The notes under the pieces: generated by a model | The model's database searches: none | Told to the model about the DNA's origin: nothing | What the model saw: only the letters and a program-made list of their open reading frames with translations | Assembly (NCBI GenBank): GCA_963762145.1 | Contig: CAVXJS010000009.1 | Coordinates: 800,001 to 864,000, forward strand | Length of the DNA: 64,000 nucleotides | Origin: an uncultured Candidatus Rokubacteria bacterium | GTDB lineage: Bacteria; Methylomirabilota; Methylomirabilia; Rokubacteriales; CSP1-6 | Direction: 5' to 3' | Position numbers and translations under genes: made by a program | In this document: positions 63,557 through 64,000 of the stretch, piece by piece | Layout of the letters: every line of letters begins with the position of its first letter | Numbering within the stretch: position 1 is the stretch's first letter

Positions 63557-64000
63557 CTACTTGACGGTCAGCTCGTACTGCTCGCGATGGTAGGAGCCCA
63601 TCGCCTGGATCGCGATCTTTCGCCCGATCAGGGCCTGCAGCTTCTCGAGACCCTCGCGCTGGCTCGCCTCCAGGTGATGGGCCATCTCGGGGTGGACGCG
63701 GATCACCACGTCCCGGCCGGCGCCCTCCCGGTGCTGCGCCTGGATCTTGCGGAAGATCTCGGCGGACAGGGTCGCGTCCGACTTGACCACCCCGCTGCCT
63801 TTGCAGGTCGGGCACGGAGCGCAGAAGAGCGACTGCAGGCTCTGCCGGACGCGCTTTCGCGTCATCTCGACCAGGCCGAGCTCCGAGATCTCGAGCACGT
63901 TGGTACGGGCCTTGTCGTCGGCGAGCGCGCGGGTGAGCGCCTTGAAGACCTGATCGCGGTGCTCGGCCCGCTCCATATCGATGAAGTCGATGATGATGAT
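63557..64000 (-). CDS. Ribonuclease E/G family, C-terminal part (5' end outside the window)
   Basis: IIIIDFIDM, ISELGLVEMTRKR, CPTCKGSG. Confidence 0.92.
   Translation of the reverse strand: MIIIDFIDMERAEHRDQVFKALTRALADDKARTNVLEISELGLVEMTRKRVRQSLQSLFCAPCPTCKGSGVVKSDATLSAEIFRKIQAQHREGAGRDVVIRVHPEMAHHLEASQREGLEKLQALIGRKIAIQAMGSYHREQYELTVK

Overview
High-GC bacterial window. The gene content and repeats suggest Ca. Rokubacteria/Methylomirabilota, but this is an unverified impression. There are three blocks. (1) 1-16.8 kb: a clean minus-strand energy operon, lipA-nuoABCDEFGHIJK-pdhABC, with no nuoLMN and with a short repeat family in its junctions. It is followed by a serine hydrolase, a peroxiredoxin-fold gene split in the ORF track by an in-frame TGA at the peroxidatic Cys position with a SECIS-like hairpin (probable selenoprotein), a DAHP synthase and an Asp/Asn beta-hydroxylase. 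(2) 17-45 kb: an accessory, frameshift-rich region. It holds an lpxD-lpxA-lpxB cassette and a ~24.8-kb island integrated at the 3' end of tRNA-Leu(GAG), with a 21-bp att direct repeat, arm-like sites, a tyrosine integrase and an excisionase. The island carries an ISCR/IS91-like transposase and a glycan cluster I cannot assign to a known pathway: a clan GH-A TIM-barrel-GT2 fusion, four paralogous GT-B-like proteins, a pyruvyltransferase, an MsbA/NdvA-like ABC exporter and an APH-like kinase. (3) 45-64 kb: clean housekeeping genes (peptide ABC transporter, secG, tpiA, pgk, gap, comF, LapA-LapB fusion, dksA, rsfS, nadD, proAB, obg, rpmA, rplU), a TetR-ECF sigma pair with operator, a CsoR-YHS-DUF2889 operon and the 3' end of an RNase E/G gene. 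All calls come from reading motifs by eye. No searches were run, and coordinates in the frameshifted region are approximate.
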